This document shows, piece after piece, positions 55,657 to 64,000 of a DNA stretch of 64,000 nucleotides. The stretch's first letter is position 1; each line of letters begins with the position of its first letter. Made by a program: the position numbers and the translations under genes. The DNA is from a virus (taxonomy: Duplodnaviria; Caudoviricetes): IMG/VR virus record IMGVR_UViG_2933096044_000001, positions 35,146 to 99,145 of that record. The stretch is one strand, 5' to 3'. The notes below the pieces were generated by a model. That model was given only the letters and a program-made list of their open reading frames with translations. It had not been told where the DNA came from and ran no database searches.

Positions 55657-56310
55657 TCACTCATCGCCCTCAACCCCGTCTTCGTTGCCCTCGCCGCCGT
55701 CCTCGCAGAAGCCGATGTCGTCCTTGAGCACCTGGTCGAGGAGTTCGAGCACCTCGTCGCGGGTCGGCGCTGTACCGCGCACCGGCTCATAGACGGGGCA
55801 GGAGTCGGGGCAGCGCAGGCCCGGGTGGGTGCCGCAGTGGTTGCACGGCCGGTTCTTCGGCGTGGTGTCGCGGACGTCGAACACCCGCTCGCTGGTGAAG
55901 CCGCTCCAAGCGCCTGCGTCGATTTCCTCGGTCTCGCCGGTCTCGGGGTTGTCGAACTCTTCGACCTTCTTGCCGCCGCGGCGGCGGGCGATGACCCGCA
56001 TCGGCTCGGCGGTCTTCACGACCGCGCGGTCCTCCTTCGCCCAGAAGAACGCCGAGTGAACGCGGGTGGCGGCCGGGTTTTGGGCGAGCATGGCGAGCGT
56101 GTTGCGCAGTGTGCGATGTCCCTGCACCTGGGCTGCGTACTCCCGGAACGCGTCGATCAGGTCCGGCCGCTCGGACAGCGCCCGGGCGGCCGTGACGACG
56201 GCGTCGTTAGCGATCTTCTTGTCCTGGTGCTTGCGGGCGCGCCACGCCTGCTTGTCCTCTTCGCTCCAGCGGGCGCGGGGGCGAGTGCGGCGGCGTTTGG
56301 TGGTCGTCAT
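55657..56310 (-). CDS. ArdC-like ssDNA-binding / anti-restriction protein
   Basis: RN...L.Q.P.AT.V....W....R.V.K...VFDV.DT. Confidence 0.7.
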   Translation of the reverse strand: MTTTKRRRTRPRARWSEEDKQAWRARKHQDKKIANDAVVTAARALSERPDLIDAFREYAAQVQGHRTLRNTLAMLAQNPAATRVHSAFFWAKEDRAVVKTAEPMRVIARRRGGKKVEEFDNPETGETEEIDAGAWSGFTSERVFDVRDTTPKNRPCNHCGTHPGLRCPDSCPVYEPVRGTAPTRDEVLELLDQVLKDDIGFCEDGGEGNEDGVEGDE

Positions 56311-56329
56311 GGCTGGATGGCCTTTCTTC

Positions 56330-56377
56330 CGAATGCGGTACCGCTGGCGATGGTGGATGCCTGCGGTACCGCATGGT
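56330..56377. promoter_or_regulatory. motif copy 13 plus adjacent inverted degenerate copy
   Basis: CGAATGCG GTAC CGCTGGCG (56330-56349); TGCCTGCG GTAC CGCATGGT (56358-56377). Confidence 0.75.
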
Positions 56378-56395
56378 TGTGGTGGTGGTAGGGGG

Positions 56396-56830
56396 TTAGT
56401 CGGAGAGGGTGACCGACTGAAGCTCCGCATCCCGGAGAAGTTGTGCAGATGTGGCATACGGGGTGAAGGTCTCCCCGTCCAGGTAGACGACGACGAGCTT
56501 GACCGGGCAAGCCCGGCTCGTCTGCGCGGTCGGCGTCTCGACGTACATGTCGGCGACGGTCCCGTATCGAGGTCCAACCTTCACCGGGTCACCGATGCGG
56601 AACATCGACATCTGCTCGCCGTGACCGCGCACGTGCGTGGTAATCGCGCGCCGATCGAGGTGGCGCCACTCGGGCGATCCGGGCTTACGGATGAGAGCCC
56701 TTGTCGGCGCGGAGCCGTTGAACTCGACGCGGATGGTCCAGTCGGCGCGGGTCATGACGAGCGACTGGCCGTCCTGCGTGACCTGCCAGTGCGCGATGTA
56801 GGCGCGGGCCTTTAACGTGTGCGGGTTCAT
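56396..56830 (-). CDS. hypothetical protein
   Basis: ATGA overlap. Confidence 0.45.
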   Translation of the reverse strand: MNPHTLKARAYIAHWQVTQDGQSLVMTRADWTIRVEFNGSAPTRALIRKPGSPEWRHLDRRAITTHVRGHGEQMSMFRIGDPVKVGPRYGTVADMYVETPTAQTSRACPVKLVVVYLDGETFTPYATSAQLLRDAELQSVTLSD

Positions 56831-57468
56831 CCCCGCTCCTTCCTGCTGATCTTCACGAGGTGGGCGGTCAGGTGCACGTGGGATACGGGGTCGTCGGGGT
56901 GCACGGCCAGTTCGCGCACCTGTGCGGGGTCCCGCCAGGTGCCGTGCTCGGTGTACTGAGCGACGTCGAGCCGGACGGTTTCCGGGTGCGGGCCAACCAG
57001 TCCCAGGAACGTCCAGGTAAGGGATCTGCCCGAGAGGTAGGTGATGTGGATTTGGTCGCCTGGCCGCAGCTCGTACCACCGGTCGCGGTCGGATGGCGGT
57101 CGCTTGGCGGCCTCCGTGTCGTCCTGGCCGAACGGGTGCAGGTCGTAGAAGTGCTGCCACATTGCATTGAGCGTGGCCACGGTCCGCTTGTGCATGACGA
57201 GGTCGGCGGCGGCCGACGCGTTCGCCGCAGCTTTCTCGACCCGCCGCGCATGCTGTATCGCGCGGTTGGCCTCGTCGTAGAGGCGCTCGGCTCGCTGCCT
57301 GTCCTCGGCCGTGCCGCCGAAGCCGTGCTTCTCGCGGTCGGCCTGTTGCGCACGTTCGAGGCGGCGGTCGGCGTCCTCCAGCGTCCGCTGGGGGACGAGC
57401 ATGGCCCGCGCGATCGACAGGTAGTCGTCCACCGTCGCATTGCCAGTAGCGACGAGCTGATCAGGCAT
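56827..57468 (-). CDS. hypothetical protein
   Basis: intact ORF. Confidence 0.5.
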   Translation of the reverse strand: MPDQLVATGNATVDDYLSIARAMLVPQRTLEDADRRLERAQQADREKHGFGGTAEDRQRAERLYDEANRAIQHARRVEKAAANASAAADLVMHKRTVATLNAMWQHFYDLHPFGQDDTEAAKRPPSDRDRWYELRPGDQIHITYLSGRSLTWTFLGLVGPHPETVRLDVAQYTEHGTWRDPAQVRELAVHPDDPVSHVHLTAHLVKISRKERG

Positions 57469-57841
57469 TCGGCGACTCCCAGCCGTGCGGGGTGACCTGG
57501 CCGATGAGCTCGCCGATGGCGCGGGCGCCCTCAGCTTTGCGCGTCTGGTGCGGCCGGTCCTCGGGGTGCCACGTGATCGAGACGCGCAACAGCCGTCCCT
57601 TCCACTTGGACACCCACAACACGCCGAACCACCGCTCGCCAGGCTTGTCCAGAGCGAGCTCCCAGGACGAGCCGTGCGGCACGTCAGGCACCTTGACCGT
57701 GAACCCCTTACGCTCCAGGCGGGCGATGATCTGCTGGGAAGTCCGGTTCGGCGACCACTCCGCCTTGTTCGGCGCGGCGTCGTCCTCGGCGGCTAGTGCT
57801 GCGTGATCCTCCAGGTCGTACGGCCGATCGCTGTGGATCAT
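57461..57841 (-). CDS. hypothetical protein
   Basis: RBS plus ATG. Confidence 0.45.
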   Translation of the reverse strand: MIHSDRPYDLEDHAALAAEDDAAPNKAEWSPNRTSQQIIARLERKGFTVKVPDVPHGSSWELALDKPGERWFGVLWVSKWKGRLLRVSITWHPEDRPHQTRKAEGARAIGELIGQVTPHGWESPNA

Positions 57842-58035
57842 GTGGTGCTCCCTTCGAGCAGGTTGGAGATGTAGCCGGGAATCAGCTCGGCGTCCTCGAC
57901 GCACACGGGGTATCGGTGCCCGTCGACGATCACAGTGGCGGCGGCGTGCCCCGCCTTGCAGCCGGCGGCGCGGCAGGGTCCGTGCTCGTTCGGCCGCAGC
58001 CGGTCCCACGCGATGCCTTCGGCCGGGCCGGTCAC
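57838..58035 (-). CDS. small Cys-containing protein
   Basis: coupled ORF. Confidence 0.45.
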   Translation of the reverse strand: MTGPAEGIAWDRLRPNEHGPCRAAGCKAGHAAATVIVDGHRYPVCVEDAELIPGYISNLLEGSTT

Positions 58036-58168
58036 AGGCCCGGGTCCGCGTCAGAGATCCCGTCGTCGAACCATTCGCTCGGGTCCTGCATGAGCACGCA
58101 GTCGGGATCGCAGTCCTGGTCGGCGGCAGCCCCGCACATAGGACACGGCTCGGTGGTGAGATACACGT

Positions 58169-58453
58169 TCACAGGACCCCGGCCTCCTCCAGCCGCGCGT
58201 ACGAGGCCGTTCGGCTGGTGTTGAACTCCTCCTGCGTAGCGACCTCGCGGCAGAACTTGCACCTGTAGCGGCGCGGAGAGGCCACCGGAGTTTCCTTCAC
58301 AGCCAGCACGACGCCGTGCAGGCAGATCCCCATCTCGTCGCAGGCGGCGTACAAGTCGTCGCCCGCGGCGTCCATGGCCGCCTGTTCCAGGTCGGCGTCC
58401 ATTCTGGCGGTCGCGATGGCTTCGGCCTCGGCGCCGAAGTCGTCGTCGAACAT
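58169..58453 (-). CDS. hypothetical Zn-ribbon protein
   Basis: C.H...C..C. Confidence 0.5.
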   Translation of the reverse strand: MFDDDFGAEAEAIATARMDADLEQAAMDAAGDDLYAACDEMGICLHGVVLAVKETPVASPRRYRCKFCREVATQEEFNTSRTASYARLEEAGVL

Positions 58454-58577
58454 GCTGATCTCGCTCTCTTCGGTGTGCTGGGGTCAGTGCGTTAAGCTGG
58501 AAACAACCAACGCCCGACTTCGTGCGTGTTGGCTGGTTTCTTTCGTCCGCGTTGTGGTGGCGCGGGGGTTTGATGCG

Positions 58578-58607
58578 GTGGCCGGACCTGTCTTCAGGTC
58601 CGGCCAC
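58578..58607. terminator. 13-bp hairpin
   Basis: GTGGCCGGACCTG-TCTT-CAGGTCCGGCCAC. Confidence 0.55.
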
Positions 58608-58613
58608 TGGCGT

Positions 58614-58889
58614 TTACGACGGCGGGAACACCAGGACGCGAGCGTCCACGACCACCTGGCCGCAGCCGCCGCACAGGTAGTAGCCCTCCCAGGCGGGGTT
58701 CTCCTCGCCGTTGATGTAGCGGCCGCCCGCCAGGAGGTTCCCTGCGCGGTCGCAGGGGTGGAAGCCGCCGTACTCGGGGATGTTGCCGCACCCGCAGTGG
58801 AACAGGCCGTCCGGCTTGACGAACACCTGGCCAGCGGGCGGGACCTCGCCGTGGGAGGCAGGGGTCGGGATCACCGTAGGCAGGTCCAT
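58614..58889 (-). CDS. small Cys-rich protein
   Basis: C.CGN.P...GF.PCD...Y.C..CG. Confidence 0.55.
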   Translation of the reverse strand: MDLPTVIPTPASHGEVPPAGQVFVKPDGLFHCGCGNIPEYGGFHPCDRAGNLLAGGRYINGEENPAWEGYYLCGGCGQVVVDARVLVFPPS

Positions 58890-59455
58890 CAGAGCTGCCC
58901 GTCCATCTCCGCGACGGCCTCGCTGATGCCGCAACCGGTCTTCAGCGCGTGCCGGATCGACTCCATGGCCAGCTGTGAGTCGACCGACTGTGTGAGCAGC
59001 AGCGCGACCAGCGCGGCCCGTGTCTTGGCGGCGGCCGTGACGAAGTGCTCGCCGTGCTCGGCGCGTAGCTTCATGGCTATGCGCAGCCCGTCGAGCAGGA
59101 GGTCGGCCAGCACGATCGGGGTGGGCTCCTCGGCAGCCTCGTCGGGGTCGCCGATCTCGTTGATGACGAGCTGGATGACCCTCTTCTGGTCATCGCCGGT
59201 CAGGTCGTCGAACGTCGCGGTGTCGTGCGGGTAAGGCGTCTTGCCGGTGGTGCGCTTGTACTCGCTGGACAGGTCGTCGTAGTAGAAGCCCCCCGTGTCG
59301 AGCACGTTGCGCATCACCTGCTCGAACTGCGCCGGGGTCGCGGCCGGCCCGGCGCTCATGCGGGCGATGGTGTGCAGCAGGTGCGTGGTGGTGCCGCCCG
59401 CTTCGCGGACTTCCTCTACGGCCTTCAGCAGCTCAGCGCGGGTGATCGTCTGCAT
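58889..59455 (-). CDS. hypothetical protein
   Basis: start MQTIT, RBS. Confidence 0.55.
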   Translation of the reverse strand: MQTITRAELLKAVEEVREAGGTTTHLLHTIARMSAGPAATPAQFEQVMRNVLDTGGFYYDDLSSEYKRTTGKTPYPHDTATFDDLTGDDQKRVIQLVINEIGDPDEAAEEPTPIVLADLLLDGLRIAMKLRAEHGEHFVTAAAKTRAALVALLLTQSVDSQLAMESIRHALKTGCGISEAVAEMDGQL

Positions 59456-59487
59456 GGTGGTGTGTCCTTCCGTGCGGGTTGGTGTGG

Positions 59488-60039
59488 TCAGCGGGCGTTG
59501 ACGGTGATCGAGTAGTCGTTGATCCGCTCGACCCACACGCCGGGCGGCAGGGCGGCTTCGGGGAACTCGATGCCGTCGGCGTTGTAGCCGCCGTTCGGGA
59601 AGGTGTCGGTCCACTCGACGCCGGGCCAGGTGATGACCCACTGGCGGTCGGGGTCGTCCCATTCGGGCAGGAGTTGCGGGCCGTGCTGCGAGCTGGGGTT
59701 GATGCCGAGCTGCCTGCAGGCGGCAACGCGGACCTGCTGGGCCGTCTCCAGCGTCACGACATTTGCCTGTATCAGCCGCATCGTTTCCTGCAGCGTCGCG
59801 TTCGGGTCGAGCGTCACGGCCGTGACCGTTTCTTCGGCCTGGCGCGGTTCCCAGCCCTGCGTGCGCAGCAGTTCGAGGAGTGCCGCGCGGAGGTGGCCGA
59901 ACACGCCGGGATCGCGTGCGACGACCTGAGCGGTGCATCGGTTCGCGGCGTGAAGGAGCTGGACGAGCTGCTCGCCGATCTGCGCGGGTGTGGCGCTGTT
60001 CGAGGTGGTGTCGATGGTGGTCGGCGTGGTGGTGGCCAT
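59488..60039 (-). CDS. hypothetical protein
   Basis: start MATTT. Confidence 0.55.
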   Translation of the reverse strand: MATTTPTTIDTTSNSATPAQIGEQLVQLLHAANRCTAQVVARDPGVFGHLRAALLELLRTQGWEPRQAEETVTAVTLDPNATLQETMRLIQANVVTLETAQQVRVAACRQLGINPSSQHGPQLLPEWDDPDRQWVITWPGVEWTDTFPNGGYNADGIEFPEAALPPGVWVERINDYSITVNAR

Positions 60040-60095
60040 CGGGGGTCGCCTCTCTCTGTCAACAGGAACGCCCCGCCCGGTCACGGGCGGGGCGG

Positions 60096-60115
60096 CGCTT
60101 GCGTTACCGCTGGCT
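60096..60115. promoter_or_regulatory. motif copy 14
   Basis: CGCTTGCG TTAC CGCTGGCT. Confidence 0.7.
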
Positions 60116-60122
60116 AAGGCTG

Positions 60123-61163
60123 CTACTTGAGCATGGTTGCGGCGAGGTGGTCGAGCAGGGCCTTGACCTGGTCGTCACTGAGCGAGTCGAGCACCTTCTC
60201 ACCCCGCCACTTGATCGCGTCGCCGGTGAGGCCCTCGATGAACTCGAATGCCTCGGCCATGACCCGCCGGTGCGCGAAGGCGACTTCCGAGTAGCGGAGC
60301 ATACGGTCGGGGTTGACCCGCAGGGCCGGGTCGGTGTCGTGCGGCCAGATGCGCTGGGCCGCCAGCTCGGTGATGAAGCTTCCGACTCGGGTCCGGGCGG
60401 TGGCGGTGCCGTTGCTCTCGGCCTTGGCGTACAGGCTGCCGGAGAACAGGTTCTCGTCGGCGGTCAGAACTGCGGTGTAGGCCAGCATTTCCCAGTCCCA
60501 CAGCGTGCCGTACTGGTCTTTGTCGAGCTTCTGGAATGCCTTGCTGAGCATGTCGGCGATGTCCTCGCGCACCGCGTGGAACGGGATCAGCGAGTGGTGG
60601 CCGGTGAGCAGGTCTACGGTGGCAAGCCAGGCGACGGCGTCGATGACGTCCTGGTCGGCAGTGCCGTGGGCCTCCTTCGTGTGCGTGGCGATCTCGTCGT
60701 GAGTCAGGTCGCCGTCGAGGGGGTAGGGCTGACGGTCTCGCTTCATGGCGATCATGTCCGTTTCCTTCGTGGTGGTTGGGGTGGTTGCGGTACCGCTGGC
60801 GATATCAGGGAGTTGCTTGGTGGCGAGCTCGACCATGGCGGACAGCAACTGGGTGGCGTCCTTGCTGGTGAGCTGGTCGAAGGTGAGGCCATCCCAGAAG
60901 TTGCTGTAGTGGTCAGAGAAGTGGGCGGCGATGTAGTTGGTGGCGAAGGTGCGCCACTCCCAGAGCGTTTCGTGGAGGATTGCATCCCACCGCAGGTGGT
61001 GGATGGTGGCGCCGTAGAGGTGGGCCGTGAAGCTGTAGGCGATGGCGTCTATGGCGTTGGTGACGGTGCCACCCTTTGCGGACAGGGCGCAGAAGGCGAT
61101 GTCGGCGGGGAGGGGGATGATGCCGACTGGGATCGGCTCGGAGGTGGTGGCGGGGGTGTTCAC
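60123..61163 (-). CDS. hypothetical protein with internal in-frame start at 60755
   Basis: RBS before both 61163 and 60755. Confidence 0.55.
   Translation of the reverse strand: MNTPATTSEPIPVGIIPLPADIAFCALSAKGGTVTNAIDAIAYSFTAHLYGATIHHLRWDAILHETLWEWRTFATNYIAAHFSDHYSNFWDGLTFDQLTSKDATQLLSAMVELATKQLPDIASGTATTPTTTKETDMIAMKRDRQPYPLDGDLTHDEIATHTKEAHGTADQDVIDAVAWLATVDLLTGHHSLIPFHAVREDIADMLSKAFQKLDKDQYGTLWDWEMLAYTAVLTADENLFSGSLYAKAESNGTATARTRVGSFITELAAQRIWPHDTDPALRVNPDRMLRYSEVAFAHRRVMAEAFEFIEGLTGDAIKWRGEKVLDSLSDDQVKALLDHLAATMLK
60782..60801. promoter_or_regulatory. motif copy 15
   Basis: TGGTTGCG GTAC CGCTGGCG. Confidence 0.7.
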
Positions 61164-61444
61164 TTGCCGCGTCCTTTCGCTGTTTGCCCTGATGGAAGGC
61201 TCTTCGATCTTGCTATTCGGTTGGATCTCGATCTTACCAGCACCACCACATGTATGTATACCTAAAGGGGACCACTTGCGGAGTGGTCGCGAAACCGCAC
61301 CCCAGAGGCCCTGTAATCGCCTCAGACGGATCTAGGACCGGTTCGCTACCGCTGACACCGGATCGCGCCTGATCGCACGTCACCGTGGACAACGACATGT
61401 TTAGCGCGCCCTTGTGGCGCCGTAGCGCGGGTAGATCGCACTAC

Positions 61445-61789
61445 CTAATTAGTGGCGCTTTCGGCCGCCGGCTGAGCCGCCGACTGCTTCCCCTGCTTAG
61501 ATAGCAGGGACGCTGGCATTCTCGTCCGCCCAGTTACAAACACACCGACGATGGCCATCACGCCTGCCACGGTAGCTGCTACTAAGTCGTGCCCTGTCAT
61601 TGCCAACAGCACGACAGTCCCCAAAATGATCATCAATGACGCGAACCCCAAATACTGGCCGCGCTGCGCCAACTTCACGCGCTCTTCCAGCTCGCGATCC
61701 GCTCTATCCTGCTCCAGCTTGTCGAGACCCTTAGTGTGCTTGAACTTCAGCAGCGCCAGATCCGTTGATGATCCAGGCGTAGGACTCAT
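61445..61789 (-). CDS. two-TM membrane protein (DUF2335-like C-part)
   Basis: RGQYLGF...G.D..A...VGVFVTGR. Confidence 0.55.
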   Translation of the reverse strand: MSPTPGSSTDLALLKFKHTKGLDKLEQDRADRELEERVKLAQRGQYLGFASLMIILGTVVLLAMTGHDLVAATVAGVMAIVGVFVTGRTRMPASLLSKQGKQSAAQPAAESATN

Positions 61790-62490
61790 GGTGACCGCTC
61801 CGACTCAGAATCCCGCGAACGAAAATAACGCAGCACTGCCTTTATGACTGCAGACCTACGATCCGGATGGCCCCGCCACCGCACCGACACTTGGTGCGAC
61901 GTTGGCGTCAGCAGACGGGAGACGATGGTCGAAACGAGCACCGTCGCAGCAGCCAAAACACCCCAGGCTGTACCGTCTCCGGCGAATATGGCGATGCCAT
62001 AAATCAGGCCACCTGCCACAGATGAGACTGCTACGAACGCGGCGACTCGCCACGCCAGTAGCCCCACGTCAGGCTGTCGCGACAAGCGCTCCCGTCGCGT
62101 ACGTTCAGCACGCACACGACGCTCTACCTTCCCCGACAGCTCGGCAATCTCGATAAGCGCATCTACTTGACCCCGCGACAAGGTGACATTGGGGGCAAAA
62201 GCGCGCAAAGCGGTCGATACGGCAGCATGCTGATTGACGCGCGGAGCGCCCTGCGGGATCGACGCGATGATCTGCTCAGCTTGCTCTTCCGACAGAGGCA
62301 CCATGCTTGACGCGTCGCCAGCGCGGAGAGCGGGAGGTTCTTCGACAATCGATGTGTCGGTGTGACGTCGAGGAGGAGAGGTTAACGGGGTGCCGAAAGC
62401 CCGGGCACCGGACATATCGAAGGCGCTAGCAAACGCTGACCAGAAAAGTTTGGCCTGTTGCCATCTGGTCCGGTCGCCAGAAAAGGTCAT
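61786..62490 (-). CDS. membrane protein
   Basis: two TM; ATGA overlap with next gene. Confidence 0.5.
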   Translation of the reverse strand: MTFSGDRTRWQQAKLFWSAFASAFDMSGARAFGTPLTSPPRRHTDTSIVEEPPALRAGDASSMVPLSEEQAEQIIASIPQGAPRVNQHAAVSTALRAFAPNVTLSRGQVDALIEIAELSGKVERRVRAERTRRERLSRQPDVGLLAWRVAAFVAVSSVAGGLIYGIAIFAGDGTAWGVLAAATVLVSTIVSRLLTPTSHQVSVRWRGHPDRRSAVIKAVLRYFRSRDSESERSP

Positions 62491-62652
62491 CGCTTCACCT
62501 CCGCCCCTTCAAGCCTATGCCAACGTCAGTGTCATGCACAGGCACTTGCCCCTGTCGCTAAGCCGAGAAGCCCCACACTGCTTCTCCAGGAGGTGTCCGA
62601 TACCACTAACCGAATGGGGCCTGGTCGCACGTCTCCATGGACAACGACAGAT

Positions 62653-63849
62653 CTAACGCGCGCTCTTGCGCCGTATGCCAGTCCGGCGCAACGCAGCAGC
62701 AAAGCGCGGACTTGTAGCCACTAGGAGAGCCCGCGCCCGCGCAGCCGGCCCGTCCTCGCCCTCGGCATCCACGCGCTGGGCCGCCTGTCGACCTTGCTCC
62801 TCGATGCGACGGCGTCTCTGCTCCCCCGCTTCCTTCGCGGCCGTGGCCACGCGCTGAGAGCGCGAGGGCAGAACTTGGCCATCCATATCGGTCCAGGCGG
62901 CGAGGCGGTTCCGTACCCAGCCGGGAATGTGCCGCAACTCGTTCACACTGGCCCATGTGTACGTCCACGTGCTGCTGTCGGCACGGACGTCAAGGGCATG
63001 CAGGACATCTGCGGGCGTCCAGCCAGCGAGGAGGAACGCCTTCAGCAGCCACCGTAGGTACCAGGCCGTCATCCTGCGCAGCACCCCCGACTCCTGCCGC
63101 AGACGCTCACAGGCTGCGAGTCGATCACGTTTGGTCCTTGGCGACTCATGCAGTCCCCAGGTCGGCGAGATACGTGGACCGCGACGGGCGCCCTGAGGGG
63201 CCTCGCGCGTGCGCGTGGGATCTCTCTTGTCTCTCTCAGGGAGAGAGACAGAGGGGGGTTCAGATACGGATTTCGCCTGGTCAGACGCGCCTTCAGGGGC
63301 TGGAACAGGCGTGGTGTCGCGAGGAATGCAGATGACCCAGAGGGCCGCGCGGTTGCCTAGGCCGTCATCGTCGAGGCCCGCGCTGGTGCCCTTGCGGAAG
63401 CGGACGGTAGACCCTTGCTCGACGACGCCGAGCCAACAGTGTTCGCGCAGCCAGCGCACCCAGCGCTTCACGGTCGCCTTGGACAGACCGGTCCGCTCGA
63501 CGATGCCCGCGATCGTCGGGCGTGAGCACATGGTCTTCCAGTCGGCCGCCCAGGCGATCACCTGGGCGACGCGCAGGAGGTTGCTGTAGCCGTCGTAGCG
63601 GAGGTCGAGGACCTCGGGGGCTTCCCGGAGGGCGTGAAGGAACGCCTTCTGCGACGATGCGCGCCGCCGGCCGCGCGGGACCGCGGCGGCGATGAGCGCT
63701 CTCGACGGTGCCAGCGCGAGGGCAGATGTGTCGGAAACACGAGCGGCGCGCTGCCGCGCGCCGCTCGGACTGCTGGTGTTGGTGGCTGGTTGATGTGCGT
63801 TTGCCGCGTGTGGTGCTTCGTCAACCGGGTCCGCCGTGAAGGCGGTCAT
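62653..63849 (-). CDS. plasmid-type replication initiator (actinobacterial pLR7-like RepA)
   Basis: ADW.T..SRPT, wHTH GLS.ATV.RW..WL...WLG.V..G, GN.AA.WV.CIP, F..AGWTPADV.HALD, GW...RL..W. Confidence 0.7.
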   Translation of the reverse strand: MTAFTADPVDEAPHAANAHQPATNTSSPSGARQRAARVSDTSALALAPSRALIAAAVPRGRRRASSQKAFLHALREAPEVLDLRYDGYSNLLRVAQVIAWAADWKTMCSRPTIAGIVERTGLSKATVKRWVRWLREHCWLGVVEQGSTVRFRKGTSAGLDDDGLGNRAALWVICIPRDTTPVPAPEGASDQAKSVSEPPSVSLPERDKRDPTRTREAPQGARRGPRISPTWGLHESPRTKRDRLAACERLRQESGVLRRMTAWYLRWLLKAFLLAGWTPADVLHALDVRADSSTWTYTWASVNELRHIPGWVRNRLAAWTDMDGQVLPSRSQRVATAAKEAGEQRRRRIEEQGRQAAQRVDAEGEDGPAARARALLVATSPRFAAALRRTGIRRKSAR

Positions 63850-63878
63850 GCGGCGTCCGGCTGGCCGTCATGGCCAGC

Positions 63879-63898
63879 CGCACGCGGTACCGCTGGCG
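63879..63898. promoter_or_regulatory. motif copy 16 (upstream of RepA-like gene)
   Basis: CGCACGCG GTAC CGCTGGCG. Confidence 0.75.
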
Positions 63899-64000
63899 TT
63901 GACTGGTGCGTTCCGTGCCATACGCGTTCCGCCGTTCCCGTTCCCGGGAGAAGACACAGGTGGGGGCCTGATCTTGAAGGGGTCTCCGGAGCCGGGTGCG

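Noticed and set aside
24781-61357. Weak motif matches at 24781, 49351, about 58600 and 61338 (and 8475)
   Set aside because: Too degenerate; the 8-mer CGCTGGCG alone is expected several times by chance at this GC content
936-63898. CRISPR array interpretation of the palindromic motif
   Set aside because: Copies are dispersed over kilobases with no regular spacers and no cas genes
1-64000. IS elements, lysis cassette, parA
   Set aside because: No transposase, endolysin or ParA motifs found; lysis and parA genes may lie outside the window

Overview
High-GC actinomycete siphovirus-type element, most likely a phage-plasmid (plasmid prophage); nearly all genes are on the minus strand. 1-15.4 kb is a virion morphogenesis operon: ParB-like gene, terminases, four extra structural genes, portal, extended minor capsid, scaffold, capsid, head-tail, major tail, frameshifting tail chaperones and a truncated tape measure. 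16-23.6 kb is accessory: PadR pair, Dam-type MTase, pentapeptide membrane protein, Xer-type recombinase with a dif-like 28-bp site, and a small hydrophobic peptide. 24-38 kb is an early replication/recombination operon (Rep-like, cryptic J-domain, RuvC-like, RecET-like). 38-49 kb is regulator-dense (XRE, TrmB-LuxR, XRE/DUF397, triple GntR, four-RHH protein, second PadR pair, HU). 49-61 kb carries DNA-modification/anti-restriction genes (frameshifted DpdA-like, C5 and N6 MTases, ArdC-like), and a plasmid-type RepA lies at 62.6-63.8 kb. Top signal: a 20-bp pseudo-palindrome CGnnnGCG-NTAC-CGCTGGCG found at least 16 times, mostly at gene junctions just upstream of start codons. A single-chain four-ribbon-helix-helix protein is a candidate reader. 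Family assignments come from motif recognition by eye; no database searches were run.
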